Assembly: GCA_036488495.1 (NCBI GenBank)
Contig: DASXHM010000276.1
Coordinates: 176-64,175, forward strand
DNA: 64,000 bases
Direction of reading: 5' to 3'
Source: Myxococcales bacterium
GTDB lineage: Bacteria; Myxococcota; Myxococcia; Myxococcales; 40CM-4-68-19
Shown here: positions 29,851 to 37,976 of the stretch, one piece after another
Layout of the letters: each line of letters begins with the position of its first letter
Numbering within the stretch: the first letter of the stretch is position 1
Translations under genes and position numbers: made by a program
The notes under the pieces: generated by a model
Told to the model about the DNA's origin: nothing
Database searches by the model: none
What the model saw: only the letters and a program-made list of their open reading frames with translations

Positions 29851-29899
29851 GGTGACAGCTCATGGGACAGGTCGTCGTGGGGTCGACCGCCCATGAACG

Positions 29900-30301
29900 T
29901 CACTTCGGGATCGCGCCCTGTCGCAAGAAATCGCGGGCGTCGATCGTTTCGAGCGCCCTCCGCGATTTGAAGACGCGCTGCTCGCTCGCCGCCGGCGAAA
30001 CGGCTTCCGAGTCCGCAGGCACGCCCGGCTCCGAGAGAACCGTCTCGACGAGCTCAGGACCGTCCGGAACGGGGTGCGCCGCAGGTCCGCGCGGAGCCTC
30101 CTGCACCGCCTCGCCCGGATTCGGCGGGATTTGTTCATCCACCGCCTGCCCGATTGGTCCGGCCAAGGGCGCCATGACCGGAGCCAACGCGGGATCCACA
30201 CCGAGCAGCAAGAAAGCGATCACCGCGACGCTGATGGTAGCCGTGGCGACGATCCTGCGGTTCCGCAACTTCTCCGGATCGAGCTTCGTCAACGCGTACA
30301 T
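29900..30301 (-). CDS. Hypothetical single-pass membrane protein with Pro-rich exposed region (133 aa)
   Basis: One TM helix (IVATATISVAVIAFLLLGV). It starts 54 nt downstream of the peroxidase stop on the same strand. Confidence 0.45.
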   Translation of the reverse strand: MYALTKLDPEKLRNRRIVATATISVAVIAFLLLGVDPALAPVMAPLAGPIGQAVDEQIPPNPGEAVQEAPRGPAAHPVPDGPELVETVLSEPGVPADSEAVSPAASEQRVFKSRRALETIDARDFLRQGAIPK

Positions 30302-30355
30302 TCGTTGCTCCTCGCGCGACCACCGCCTCGAAGTTCCTTCGCCAAGGTCATCACC

Positions 30356-33300
30356 TCACTGCACCGTGACCGTCACCGGCGCCGAGTCGGTGACGTTCCC
30401 CGCTGCGTCGCGAACGCGGGCGAGGAGCGTGTGGGCGCCGATCCCGCCGGTCGTGCTCGTGTTCCAGCGGACGCTGTACGGCACGCTCTTGTCCTCGGCG
30501 CCGAGCGGAGCGCCGTCGAGGAGGAATTGCACGCCGACCACCCCGACGTTGTCGGCGGCATTCGCCGAGACGGTGATGATCTTCGTGACGATGTCGCCAG
30601 TGACCGGCGCCGCGATCGAAACCGTGGGCGGAATCGGGTCGTTCACCACCTGCACCGGGACACCCGCGGCCGTGACCGTATTCCCCGCCGCGTCGCGCCC
30701 TCGCGCGGACAAAACATGCGTACCGTCGAGGACCGTCGTCGTGTTCCACGACACGCTGTACGGGTCAGTCGTGTCTTCGGCTTTGAGCGCGCTGCCGTTG
30801 AGCAGGAATTGCACGCCGGCGAGCAGGTTCGGCGAGGATGCGGCGACGCTGACGGTTCCGCTCAGGGAGACCCCCACTGCAGGCGACGTGACCGACAGCG
30901 CGAGGGGGCCGGGGGCGCCGCTCGAGACCACCAGGTTCACCGGAAACGCGAGGAATTCGAAGGTCCCCGCGGCCGGATCCGGACCGATCACCTTGCCTGG
31001 CGCCACCGTCGTGCTGGGACTGAAGTTGACGGCGCCGACCGTCAAACCGGCCGCGGTGATCCGATTGGCGGCCACCGTCTGCGTCACGCCGGCCAGGTTG
31101 CTGGGAATGGCCGCGACCTTGGCTCCGGGCGCCGCGATGGACCCGTCCGCGAACTGCAGCACCTCGATGTTCAAGAGGGTGTCGGTGCCGTCGTTGAGGA
31201 GTGCTTTCTTGGGCGGCCTCGCGTGGACCACCGTGACCGATCCATTCGGGTTCAAGGTGATGTCGTACTGAGCGCGATTGTTCGAGAACACCGCGGTGTC
31301 CACGGCGGGCGGCCCCAGGCGAATGGTCCGTTGGATGCGGATGTTTCCCGGGTTGAGGCGCTGCGGGTCGGCAAATACGTCGTCGGTGAGCCCGCGCGGG
31401 TCCCAGACCGCCTTGACGGTTCCGTCGTTGAGGGTGGCGATCAGTTGGACGTCCAACCAGCGATCGCCGTCGATCAGGTCGTTGCCGGCCTTGCCTTCGA
31501 TGACGTCGCGCCCGCCGCCGCCGAGCAGGATGTTGCCGGCCTTCCAGGGCAGCGTGATGTTGAACCCTGAAGGCCCGACCAGCTCGGTCAAGCCGGCGAT
31601 CTTCGCGGCGCCCGCGACGGTCAGCTCCATGCCGGGCAGGTTCTGGCGTTCGGGCGGAGCGGTGGGGTCGTCCACGCGGTCGTCGCCGCGGATGTGGTCA
31701 TCGAGGTCCCAGCCGGACGCGCCGTCCACGAGGCGGTACTTGTTGCGAAGGTCGTTGAAGTTCAAGAGGACGCCGGGGACGGCGAGGAGGTTCAGCTCGA
31801 TGTCGGCCGGGACCGGCCAACCGCGCTGGGTGATCCAATCGAAGCCGTAATCGCCGAAGAATTTGTTCGTCCCTTCGGACTGCAGGAAAATGTCGTCGCC
31901 GCCCTCGCCGAAGTGGTTGTCCTGGCCGGGGCCGCCGCCGAGGACGTCGTCGCCGCCTTCCTTGTCGAGCCCGGCGAGCAGGTCGAAGACGTTGCCGTTG
32001 TCGCCGAAGATGCCGCCGTCGTGGCCATCGCCGTCGTAGATCCAGTCGTCGCCCGTGCCGCCGAAAATGCCCTCGCTGCGCATGGCGCCGTCGATGATGA
32101 CGTCGTTGCCGGGACCGCCGAAGTACTCGACGCCGTCGTCACCGCCGACCATGAAGTCGTTGCCCTCGCCGCCGATGAGGATGTCTCCGCCGAAGCCCGG
32201 TCCGCTGGAGAGAGCGTCGTTGCCGGGGCCGCCCTTGAGGATGTCGTCGCCGTTGCCTCCGAAGAGGATGTCGTCGCCCTCGCCGCCGATGAGGATGTCG
32301 TTGCCTTCGGCGCCGTCCATCCGATCGTTGCCCTCGTTGCCCCACATGGTGTCGTCGCCGACGTCGCCACGGAAACGATCGCCGCCAGGGCCGCCGTTGA
32401 AGAGGACGTTCTTGCCGGAGTGCAGCGGATCGAAGAACTGCAGCGTGCCGTCGGAGAGCGCGAGCAGCGAGATGCCGGTTGCCGGATCGAGCACGCCGGG
32501 CGTGCTGGTCGAATCGAACACGTAATCGGCCGTCTCGAAGATGTTGCCCATGGTCGCTCCGACCGTGGTGTTGCGCCGGGCCAGCTCTGCGAGCGAGTTC
32601 CCTTCCAGCGAGAAGCGCAGGTTCAGGCCGTCGGTGCGCTGCAGGTAATAGAAGCGATCGCCGTTCTGCAGGTCTTCCAGTTGGTGCTCGAAGACGAAGT
32701 TGAAGGTGGTGCCGAGCAAGCCGCCGAACACGGACGGCTTCTCGGCCATGCCGCCGACCCAGAAGTCGACGGTGTCGAGGCCGCTCGTGGCCGACGGCGC
32801 CGACAGGTTCGCGTCATTCGCGGCAATCAACGCCGCCGCGGCGGCGCGCTTGCCCACGACGGTGGTCGCCGAGGTCACGTTCGGATGCGTCGAGTACGCC
32901 GCGACGAAATTGACGAACGATTCCGGATGCCGGAGGCCGAGCTTGAATTCCGACCAATTGGCGTACGGCCGCAGACCCGAATCCTGCGTCTTGGCGAAGA
33001 ACTGCTGCCTCGCCACGTTCAGGGGGGGAATTCCTTCGCTGCGGCCGCGCGCGATGTTGATGGCGGGAAGATCGAGCGGCAGGCCGACGAGCGAGTTTCG
33101 GACCGAGGAGGTGACGAACTCGTCGAGCTCGTTTCCCACCTGTCCGACGGAACCGCGGATCATCGAGCCGGCAGCGGCTGCGGCGGTGAGCGGCGTCGCG
33201 GTCCCGCCTTCGTTGTACGCGGCAGGATTGAGGAACGCATTGAGGAGGCGCAGGTCGTTGGGCGAGCCGTCGGTGTTGATCCGTGCCAGCATCTCCGGAA

Positions 33301-35044
33301 GCATGGAATGACCGAGCCGATAGACGGTGTGCGCGAACTCGGCCGAAATCGCCGCGTCGATGGAGGTGATGCCTCCCAGGAATGGGTTGATGAGCGGTTG
33401 CACCTTGCGCGCGAACTCTTCGAAGACCAGGTGCTGGTACTCCATCTCGGTCACGAACCGCGCCGCCTGGAAGAGTCGCTCGCCGTAGGCCCAGCCGGAG
33501 CCGGAGTCGACCGCGTTCCATTTCGCGATTTCGGCGGGCGTCAAGAGCTGGTTCACGAGCTTGTCGATCTGGTGGACCAGCCGGTTGTGCTCGGCGTGGA
33601 AGAGATTGTGCACCGTCGTCAACGCGATGTTCTCGTTGCCGCGGCCGTCACCGGTGACGAAGTGCGCATCGAGCACGTCGCCGTCATACGTGCCGGCGGG
33701 AGTTTTGCAGGTGGTGCTGCGGAAGTCGCAATAGACGCCGTCGCGGATTCCGGTCAGGCCCGGGTTCGGGATCGCATTGTGCGCAATGTCGTTGAGAAAC
33801 GCATGGCCGGTCCGGAACGCGTCGGCGGGAATGATGACGCCGGTGCCACCGTTCGCGGCAGGATTCCCTTCCACCAGCACGTTGCCCGGACGGATGAGCT
33901 GCGGGAAGCCGCGCGGGCCCGGCTTGAAATGGCCGTAGGGGTCGGTGAGGATCAGCGGGACGTCGAAGACGTCCTGGTCGGTGAGCCGGATGCCGAGCTT
34001 CGCCTGGGCCTGCGCCTTGACCTCCGCCCAGTTGCCGATGTTGCAGATGTCGTCGCCCGCAATCCCGGTGCCGCGCGGCGAGCAGTGCCCACCGTCCAAG
34101 ACCTTGCCGTCGGGAACCGGCCTGCCGGTCGCGAGGCTGTACTGGCGCAGGAAGACCTGGTGCGAGGGGTGCGAGGTATAGGTCTGGTTCTGATCCACCC
34201 AGGGCGTGGTCGTGTTCATGGTGTCCTGGATGTCGTCCGCGGTCCCGAGAATACCGTCCGGGCCGGGCTGGTTCTGCCCGCGCGCCATCACCATGAAGTT
34301 CGTCGGGCTGCCGGGGACGAACAGCGGGTCATCCGGTTGCAAGGGCATGACCACCGTTCCGCTCCCACCCTTGGTCACGAGGTCGAGACCGTGGTCGAAG
34401 AACTGGCCGAAGAAGACGAACATCAAATTGAAGGGCGCGGAGAGGCCGAAGTCGGGCGTGATGTTGGGGATGAAGAGCGCGCCGGAGAAAGGATCGGGCG
34501 GCGACGGATCCGCGCAGACGAAATTGCCCGCGCCGCACGGATGAGCGGCGACTGCCACGGCTGCGGGGTTGGTCGCGGACTGGTCGACGATCAGGTTGCT
34601 GATGGTGCGCGGGCGCGAGTCGATCACATTGGTGTCGGTCTTGGTCGCGTAGGAAGTGCCTGCTTCTGCCGGACGGAACGACGGCGACGTCAGCCGGGGA
34701 AAGAGGCGATCGGCCGCGCCGAACAGGTGCTGATCGGGAATCTGCACCAGGTTGTTGAACGTCCCGTCGACGGTGCGCAGGCCGACTGGAAACTGCGGGT
34801 CGGGGACGCCATTCAGGTTGACCTGGTTCGGGCCCGGTCCGAGCAGCGCGCCGCCCGCCGCGTGGAACTGCGCGACTTCGATTTGGTGGAAGATGAACCG
34901 CAGATCGCCGGCGTCGATGGAAAAGCCATTTCCGACCGGCGCGGTCTGCGCGTGGGCCGAGCTCGCCGGGTAGAAGACGAAGAGCAGCACCCGGCCGACC
35001 ACGAGCGCACTGCGCCACCGGCCATTCATTCGCATTCGATTCAT
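30356..35044 (-). CDS. Secreted multidomain haem peroxidase (1562 aa): peroxidase-cyclooxygenase fold, RTX Ca-binding repeats, PASTA-like module and two Ig-like domains
   Basis: ATG at 35044 with GGGGG upstream and signal peptide MNRMRMNGRWRSALVVGRVLLFVFYPASSAHA. Catalytic motifs are FGQFFDHGLD (distal Gln/Asp/His), GDGRGNE (Arg, Glu), LFHAEHNRL and YRLGHS (proximal His). GGxGxD nonapeptides span aa 883-1055. The C-terminal 186 aa form two similar repeats (GVQFLL(N/D)G...DPYSVSWNT / VPYSVRWNT...AAGN). Confidence 0.85.
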   Translation of the reverse strand: MNRMRMNGRWRSALVVGRVLLFVFYPASSAHAQTAPVGNGFSIDAGDLRFIFHQIEVAQFHAAGGALLGPGPNQVNLNGVPDPQFPVGLRTVDGTFNNLVQIPDQHLFGAADRLFPRLTSPSFRPAEAGTSYATKTDTNVIDSRPRTISNLIVDQSATNPAAVAVAAHPCGAGNFVCADPSPPDPFSGALFIPNITPDFGLSAPFNLMFVFFGQFFDHGLDLVTKGGSGTVVMPLQPDDPLFVPGSPTNFMVMARGQNQPGPDGILGTADDIQDTMNTTTPWVDQNQTYTSHPSHQVFLRQYSLATGRPVPDGKVLDGGHCSPRGTGIAGDDICNIGNWAEVKAQAQAKLGIRLTDQDVFDVPLILTDPYGHFKPGPRGFPQLIRPGNVLVEGNPAANGGTGVIIPADAFRTGHAFLNDIAHNAIPNPGLTGIRDGVYCDFRSTTCKTPAGTYDGDVLDAHFVTGDGRGNENIALTTVHNLFHAEHNRLVHQIDKLVNQLLTPAEIAKWNAVDSGSGWAYGERLFQAARFVTEMEYQHLVFEEFARKVQPLINPFLGGITSIDAAISAEFAHTVYRLGHSMLPEMLARINTDGSPNDLRLLNAFLNPAAYNEGGTATPLTAAAAAGSMIRGSVGQVGNELDEFVTSSVRNSLVGLPLDLPAINIARGRSEGIPPLNVARQQFFAKTQDSGLRPYANWSEFKLGLRHPESFVNFVAAYSTHPNVTSATTVVGKRAAAAALIAANDANLSAPSATSGLDTVDFWVGGMAEKPSVFGGLLGTTFNFVFEHQLEDLQNGDRFYYLQRTDGLNLRFSLEGNSLAELARRNTTVGATMGNIFETADYVFDSTSTPGVLDPATGISLLALSDGTLQFFDPLHSGKNVLFNGGPGGDRFRGDVGDDTMWGNEGNDRMDGAEGNDILIGGEGDDILFGGNGDDILKGGPGNDALSSGPGFGGDILIGGEGNDFMVGGDDGVEYFGGPGNDVIIDGAMRSEGIFGGTGDDWIYDGDGHDGGIFGDNGNVFDLLAGLDKEGGDDVLGGGPGQDNHFGEGGDDIFLQSEGTNKFFGDYGFDWITQRGWPVPADIELNLLAVPGVLLNFNDLRNKYRLVDGASGWDLDDHIRGDDRVDDPTAPPERQNLPGMELTVAGAAKIAGLTELVGPSGFNITLPWKAGNILLGGGGRDVIEGKAGNDLIDGDRWLDVQLIATLNDGTVKAVWDPRGLTDDVFADPQRLNPGNIRIQRTIRLGPPAVDTAVFSNNRAQYDITLNPNGSVTVVHARPPKKALLNDGTDTLLNIEVLQFADGSIAAPGAKVAAIPSNLAGVTQTVAANRITAAGLTVGAVNFSPSTTVAPGKVIGPDPAAGTFEFLAFPVNLVVSSGAPGPLALSVTSPAVGVSLSGTVSVAASSPNLLAGVQFLLNGSALKAEDTTDPYSVSWNTTTVLDGTHVLSARGRDAAGNTVTAAGVPVQVVNDPIPPTVSIAAPVTGDIVTKIITVSANAADNVGVVGVQFLLDGAPLGAEDKSVPYSVRWNTSTTGGIGAHTLLARVRDAAGNVTDSAPVTVTVQ

Positions 35045-35150
35045 TTGAAACCCCCATTGCGTCGAGACCCCGCTTCCCGTTTGGAGCAAGGGTCTCCATC
35101 GGCGACGCGCTCAGGTTGGGAGCGCCGCCCGTCACCACGGAGGCTGGTTC

Positions 35151-35166
35151 TGCATCGCCGATGCCA
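35151..35166 (-). promoter_or_regulatory. Candidate sigma-54 (-24/-12) promoter for the peroxidase gene
   Basis: The minus strand reads TGGCAT-CGGCG-ATGCA against the consensus TGGCAC-N5-TTGCA, with exact GG-N10-GC spacing. It lies about 105 nt upstream of the ATG at 35044 and directly downstream of a sigma-54 activator gene. Confidence 0.55.
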
Positions 35167-35333
35167 AGGCGGACGGCGTTGATATTGATAGGCTTTTGTT
35201 TCGTGCAGAGTTCGTTAGATGAACGCATTGCGCGGCGAGAAGCCCGGACTTCGCTCTTCAAGCCAGCGCATTTACAACGATAATCCGCTGGTCCGAAAAA
35301 ACGTCCTAGGAAGTTCATCTTATGCTGTTCTCG

Positions 35334-37112
35334 TTAGTGCGTGCCCGTGGCTGCGGGCCGGGCCGGGCCAGGCTCCGTCTTCTCGTGCGCGAGGCCATAG
35401 CGCCGGATCTTGCTGTACAGAGTGCCTTTGACGATGCCGAGAATCTGCGCGGCGGCGGCGACGTTGCCTTGCGCCTTCTCCAGCGCGCGGGCACAGGCGC
35501 GGCGCTCGGCGCTCTCCAAGGAGAACCCGCCCGACGGCGTGAGCAAGCGCAGGGCGCGCTCGATCGGATCGGGGATGGTGTCGAGCTCCGACTTCCCTGG
35601 CGGCAAGAGCGCGATGTTCCCTTCGAGCGTGTTGACGAGCTCGCGGACGTTCCCGGGCCAAGGGTAGCGCTCGAAAGCGGCCAGGACCTCCGGCGCAATC
35701 CGAATGGTCCGCCACGACCTCTTGCGCTCCGCCGCGAGCTGCGCCTCGACCAACAGACGGATATCGCCGGCCCGCTCGCGCAGAGGTGGCAACTGGATGT
35801 CCACCACCCGCAGCCGGTGGAGCAGATCGAGCCGGAACCGCCCGGCGGCCACTTCGATCTCGAGATCGCGGTTGGTGCTGGCGATGACGCGAGCGTTGAA
35901 CGCCTTGGCGGCGGACCCGCCGAGCCGGTGCACCACCTTCTCCTGCAGCACGCGCAAGAGCTTCGTCTGCATGTCGAGCGGCAACTCGCCGATCTCGTCC
36001 AAGAGGAGCGTGCCGTTCCGCGCCAGCTCGAACTTTCCGGCGCGGCCCTGCGCCGATGCGCCGGTGAACGCGCCCTCCTCGTAGCCGAAGAGCTCGCTCT
36101 CGAGAAGCTCCCCGGGAATGGCGGAGACGTTCACGCCGACGAATGGTTCGGCGGCGCGCCCAGACGCATTGTGGATGGCCTGCGCGAGGATCTCCTTCCC
36201 GGTGCCGGTCTCGCCGGTGATCAGGACGGGAAGGTTCAGGTCGGCGACGCGGTGCGCGGTCTCGCGAACCGCACGGATCAGCGGCGACTCGCCGATCAGA
36301 TCGTGGATGTGGTAGCGGGCGCGCGGATGCCCTGCAGCGCGCCCGTGGCGGGACGTGGCGGGCGTCAGCAGGACCGCCGGAGGCGTCTCCGTCGCGTCCT
36401 TCGCGCGGTGCGCGATCACGGCTCCCGCGGCAGGGCTGAGCGCGCGAATGATTCCCTCGAGCGCGAGCACCGCATCCGCGACTGCGCCGGCGAGCGCCGC
36501 TTCGGCAGCCTGCGTCTCGCCGTTCAGCTCCGCCCGCGCAAATGCGACCGCGGACATGAACGCGAACACCTCGAGCTCGCCCAGCTCACGGCGGGTAAAG
36601 GTCCGGCCCGCAGCCTGCTCCAGGACGATGAAGAGACGGAGCGGTGCCCGGCGAGCAATCGAAACGACCGCAACCGCACCGTCGCCGAAGGGCCCGAGCC
36701 GCGCTGCCGGATCGTCCTCGCCGCAGGAAGGCGCGCGAGGCTGGACGAGCGTACGTAGATACGCTTCCACGACGGGATGGACCTGACCTTCGGCGCAAGG
36801 ATGCGCGCTCTCGCCGGAGGTGCTTTCGCGGTCCTGCCGGGCGAGCACGAATGCTCCACGGTCGGAAGACGCGTCTACCAATCGGGCGGTGTCGGCGCTG
36901 CAAATGCCGAGGCTGAGGCGGACGACGGCAGCCGAGACGGATTCTTTGTCGGTCGCGTCGGCCAATTCCCGGCACGCAATGGCGAGCCCCTCGCTGCGGC
37001 GTGCTTCCGCGGCCTCGGACGCGTCGAACGATTGCGGGAACCTCCCGCCCTGCGACGTTCCCTGCATGGCCCGCCTCCGGCCTCCGGACAAGCAATGCAA
37101 ATCATTGAACAA
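35334..37112 (-). CDS. Sigma-54-dependent transcriptional activator (GAF-like sensor, AAA+ domain, Fis-type HTH); TTG at 37112 or ATG at 37067
   Basis: Walker A GETGTGKE, the sigma-54 contact loop ESELFGYEEGAFTGA, Walker B LLLDEIGELP, RFRLDLLHRL, and a C-terminal HTH AAAQILGIVKGTLYSKIRRYGL. There is no receiver domain. Confidence 0.85.
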   Translation of the reverse strand: MFNDLHCLSGGRRRAMQGTSQGGRFPQSFDASEAAEARRSEGLAIACRELADATDKESVSAAVVRLSLGICSADTARLVDASSDRGAFVLARQDRESTSGESAHPCAEGQVHPVVEAYLRTLVQPRAPSCGEDDPAARLGPFGDGAVAVVSIARRAPLRLFIVLEQAAGRTFTRRELGELEVFAFMSAVAFARAELNGETQAAEAALAGAVADAVLALEGIIRALSPAAGAVIAHRAKDATETPPAVLLTPATSRHGRAAGHPRARYHIHDLIGESPLIRAVRETAHRVADLNLPVLITGETGTGKEILAQAIHNASGRAAEPFVGVNVSAIPGELLESELFGYEEGAFTGASAQGRAGKFELARNGTLLLDEIGELPLDMQTKLLRVLQEKVVHRLGGSAAKAFNARVIASTNRDLEIEVAAGRFRLDLLHRLRVVDIQLPPLRERAGDIRLLVEAQLAAERKRSWRTIRIAPEVLAAFERYPWPGNVRELVNTLEGNIALLPPGKSELDTIPDPIERALRLLTPSGGFSLESAERRACARALEKAQGNVAAAAQILGIVKGTLYSKIRRYGLAHEKTEPGPARPAATGTH

Positions 37113-37151
37113 ATATGAGGCGGATCACAAGTGGGCAGCGAAAAATATAAT

Positions 37152-37180
37152 TTTCTACAATGATAGCAATCTTACGGCAA
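37152..37180 (-). promoter_or_regulatory. Candidate sigma-70-type promoter within an AT-rich 80-nt gap upstream of the activator gene
   Basis: The minus strand reads TTGCCG-N17-TAGAAA. The surrounding 37113..37192 is conspicuously AT-rich for this sequence. Confidence 0.35.
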
Positions 37181-37192
37181 CAAACGATTTGA

Positions 37193-37873
37193 TCACCGCG
37201 GGGTCAGCCCCCGCGTCACCGCCGGCCTCGCCAGGAACGCCTGCAGCGCGCGCCCCACGTGCGCGTACTCGTCGAAGTGCACGAGCTCGCGCGCGCCGTA
37301 GAAACCGACCAGGTTGTTGACCCACGGGAAGATGGCGATGTCGGCGATGGAGTAATCGTCCACCATCCATTCGTGCTGGGAAAGGTGGCCGTCCAGGACC
37401 TTCAAGAGCCGCCGCGACTCGGCGACGTACCGGTCGCGCGGGCGCTTGTCCTCGAAATCCTTTCCCGCGAACTTATGAAAGAAGCCGAGCTGCCCGAACA
37501 TGGGCCCGACTCCGCCCATCTGGAACATCAGCCATTGAATCGTCTCGTACCGGCGCGGCAAGAACCGGCCGCTCTTTTCCGCGAGATACAGGAGGATCGC
37601 CCCCGACTCGAAGAGCGCGAGCGGCCTGCCCTCCGGACCGTTGGGGTCGATGATGGCCGGAATCTTGTTGTTCGGATTGAGCGAAAGGAATTCGGGCGAG
37701 AACTGGTCGTTGGTGTCGAACGAGACCCGGTGCGATTCATAAGGCAGCCCAATCTCCTCCAACATGATCGACACCTTCACCCCGTTGGGCGTCGGCAGCG
37801 AATAGAGCTGCAACCGGTCGGGATGTTTGGGCGGCCACTTTTCGGTCACGCGGAACGAGGCGAGGGCATGCAT
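37193..37873 (-). CDS. Glutathione S-transferase, YghU/YfcG-like (Nu class)
   Basis: LQLYSLPTPNGVKVSIMLEE, NPNNKIPAIIDP, ESGAILLYLAEK, WLMFQMGGVGPMFGQ. ATG at 37873; the upstream part of track ORF 37193..38089 is unsupported. Confidence 0.8.
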   Translation of the reverse strand: MHALASFRVTEKWPPKHPDRLQLYSLPTPNGVKVSIMLEEIGLPYESHRVSFDTNDQFSPEFLSLNPNNKIPAIIDPNGPEGRPLALFESGAILLYLAEKSGRFLPRRYETIQWLMFQMGGVGPMFGQLGFFHKFAGKDFEDKRPRDRYVAESRRLLKVLDGHLSQHEWMVDDYSIADIAIFPWVNNLVGFYGARELVHFDEYAHVGRALQAFLARPAVTRGLTPR

Positions 37874-37976
37874 TCGGCCATCATCGAACGCCGGATCGCG
37901 GTACGCAACGTTGCCGGCCGCGGCAGCTTGGCTTTGCGACGATGGACGTGGCACGCTCGGCCGCAACGGAGGCCCA

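Noticed and set aside
35045-35089. TTG at 35089 as the peroxidase start (MLQTGSGVSTQWGFQ...)
   Set aside because: The extension precedes, and would bury, the positively charged n-region of the signal peptide. The ATG at 35044 has a G-rich ribosome-binding stretch 6-10 nt upstream.
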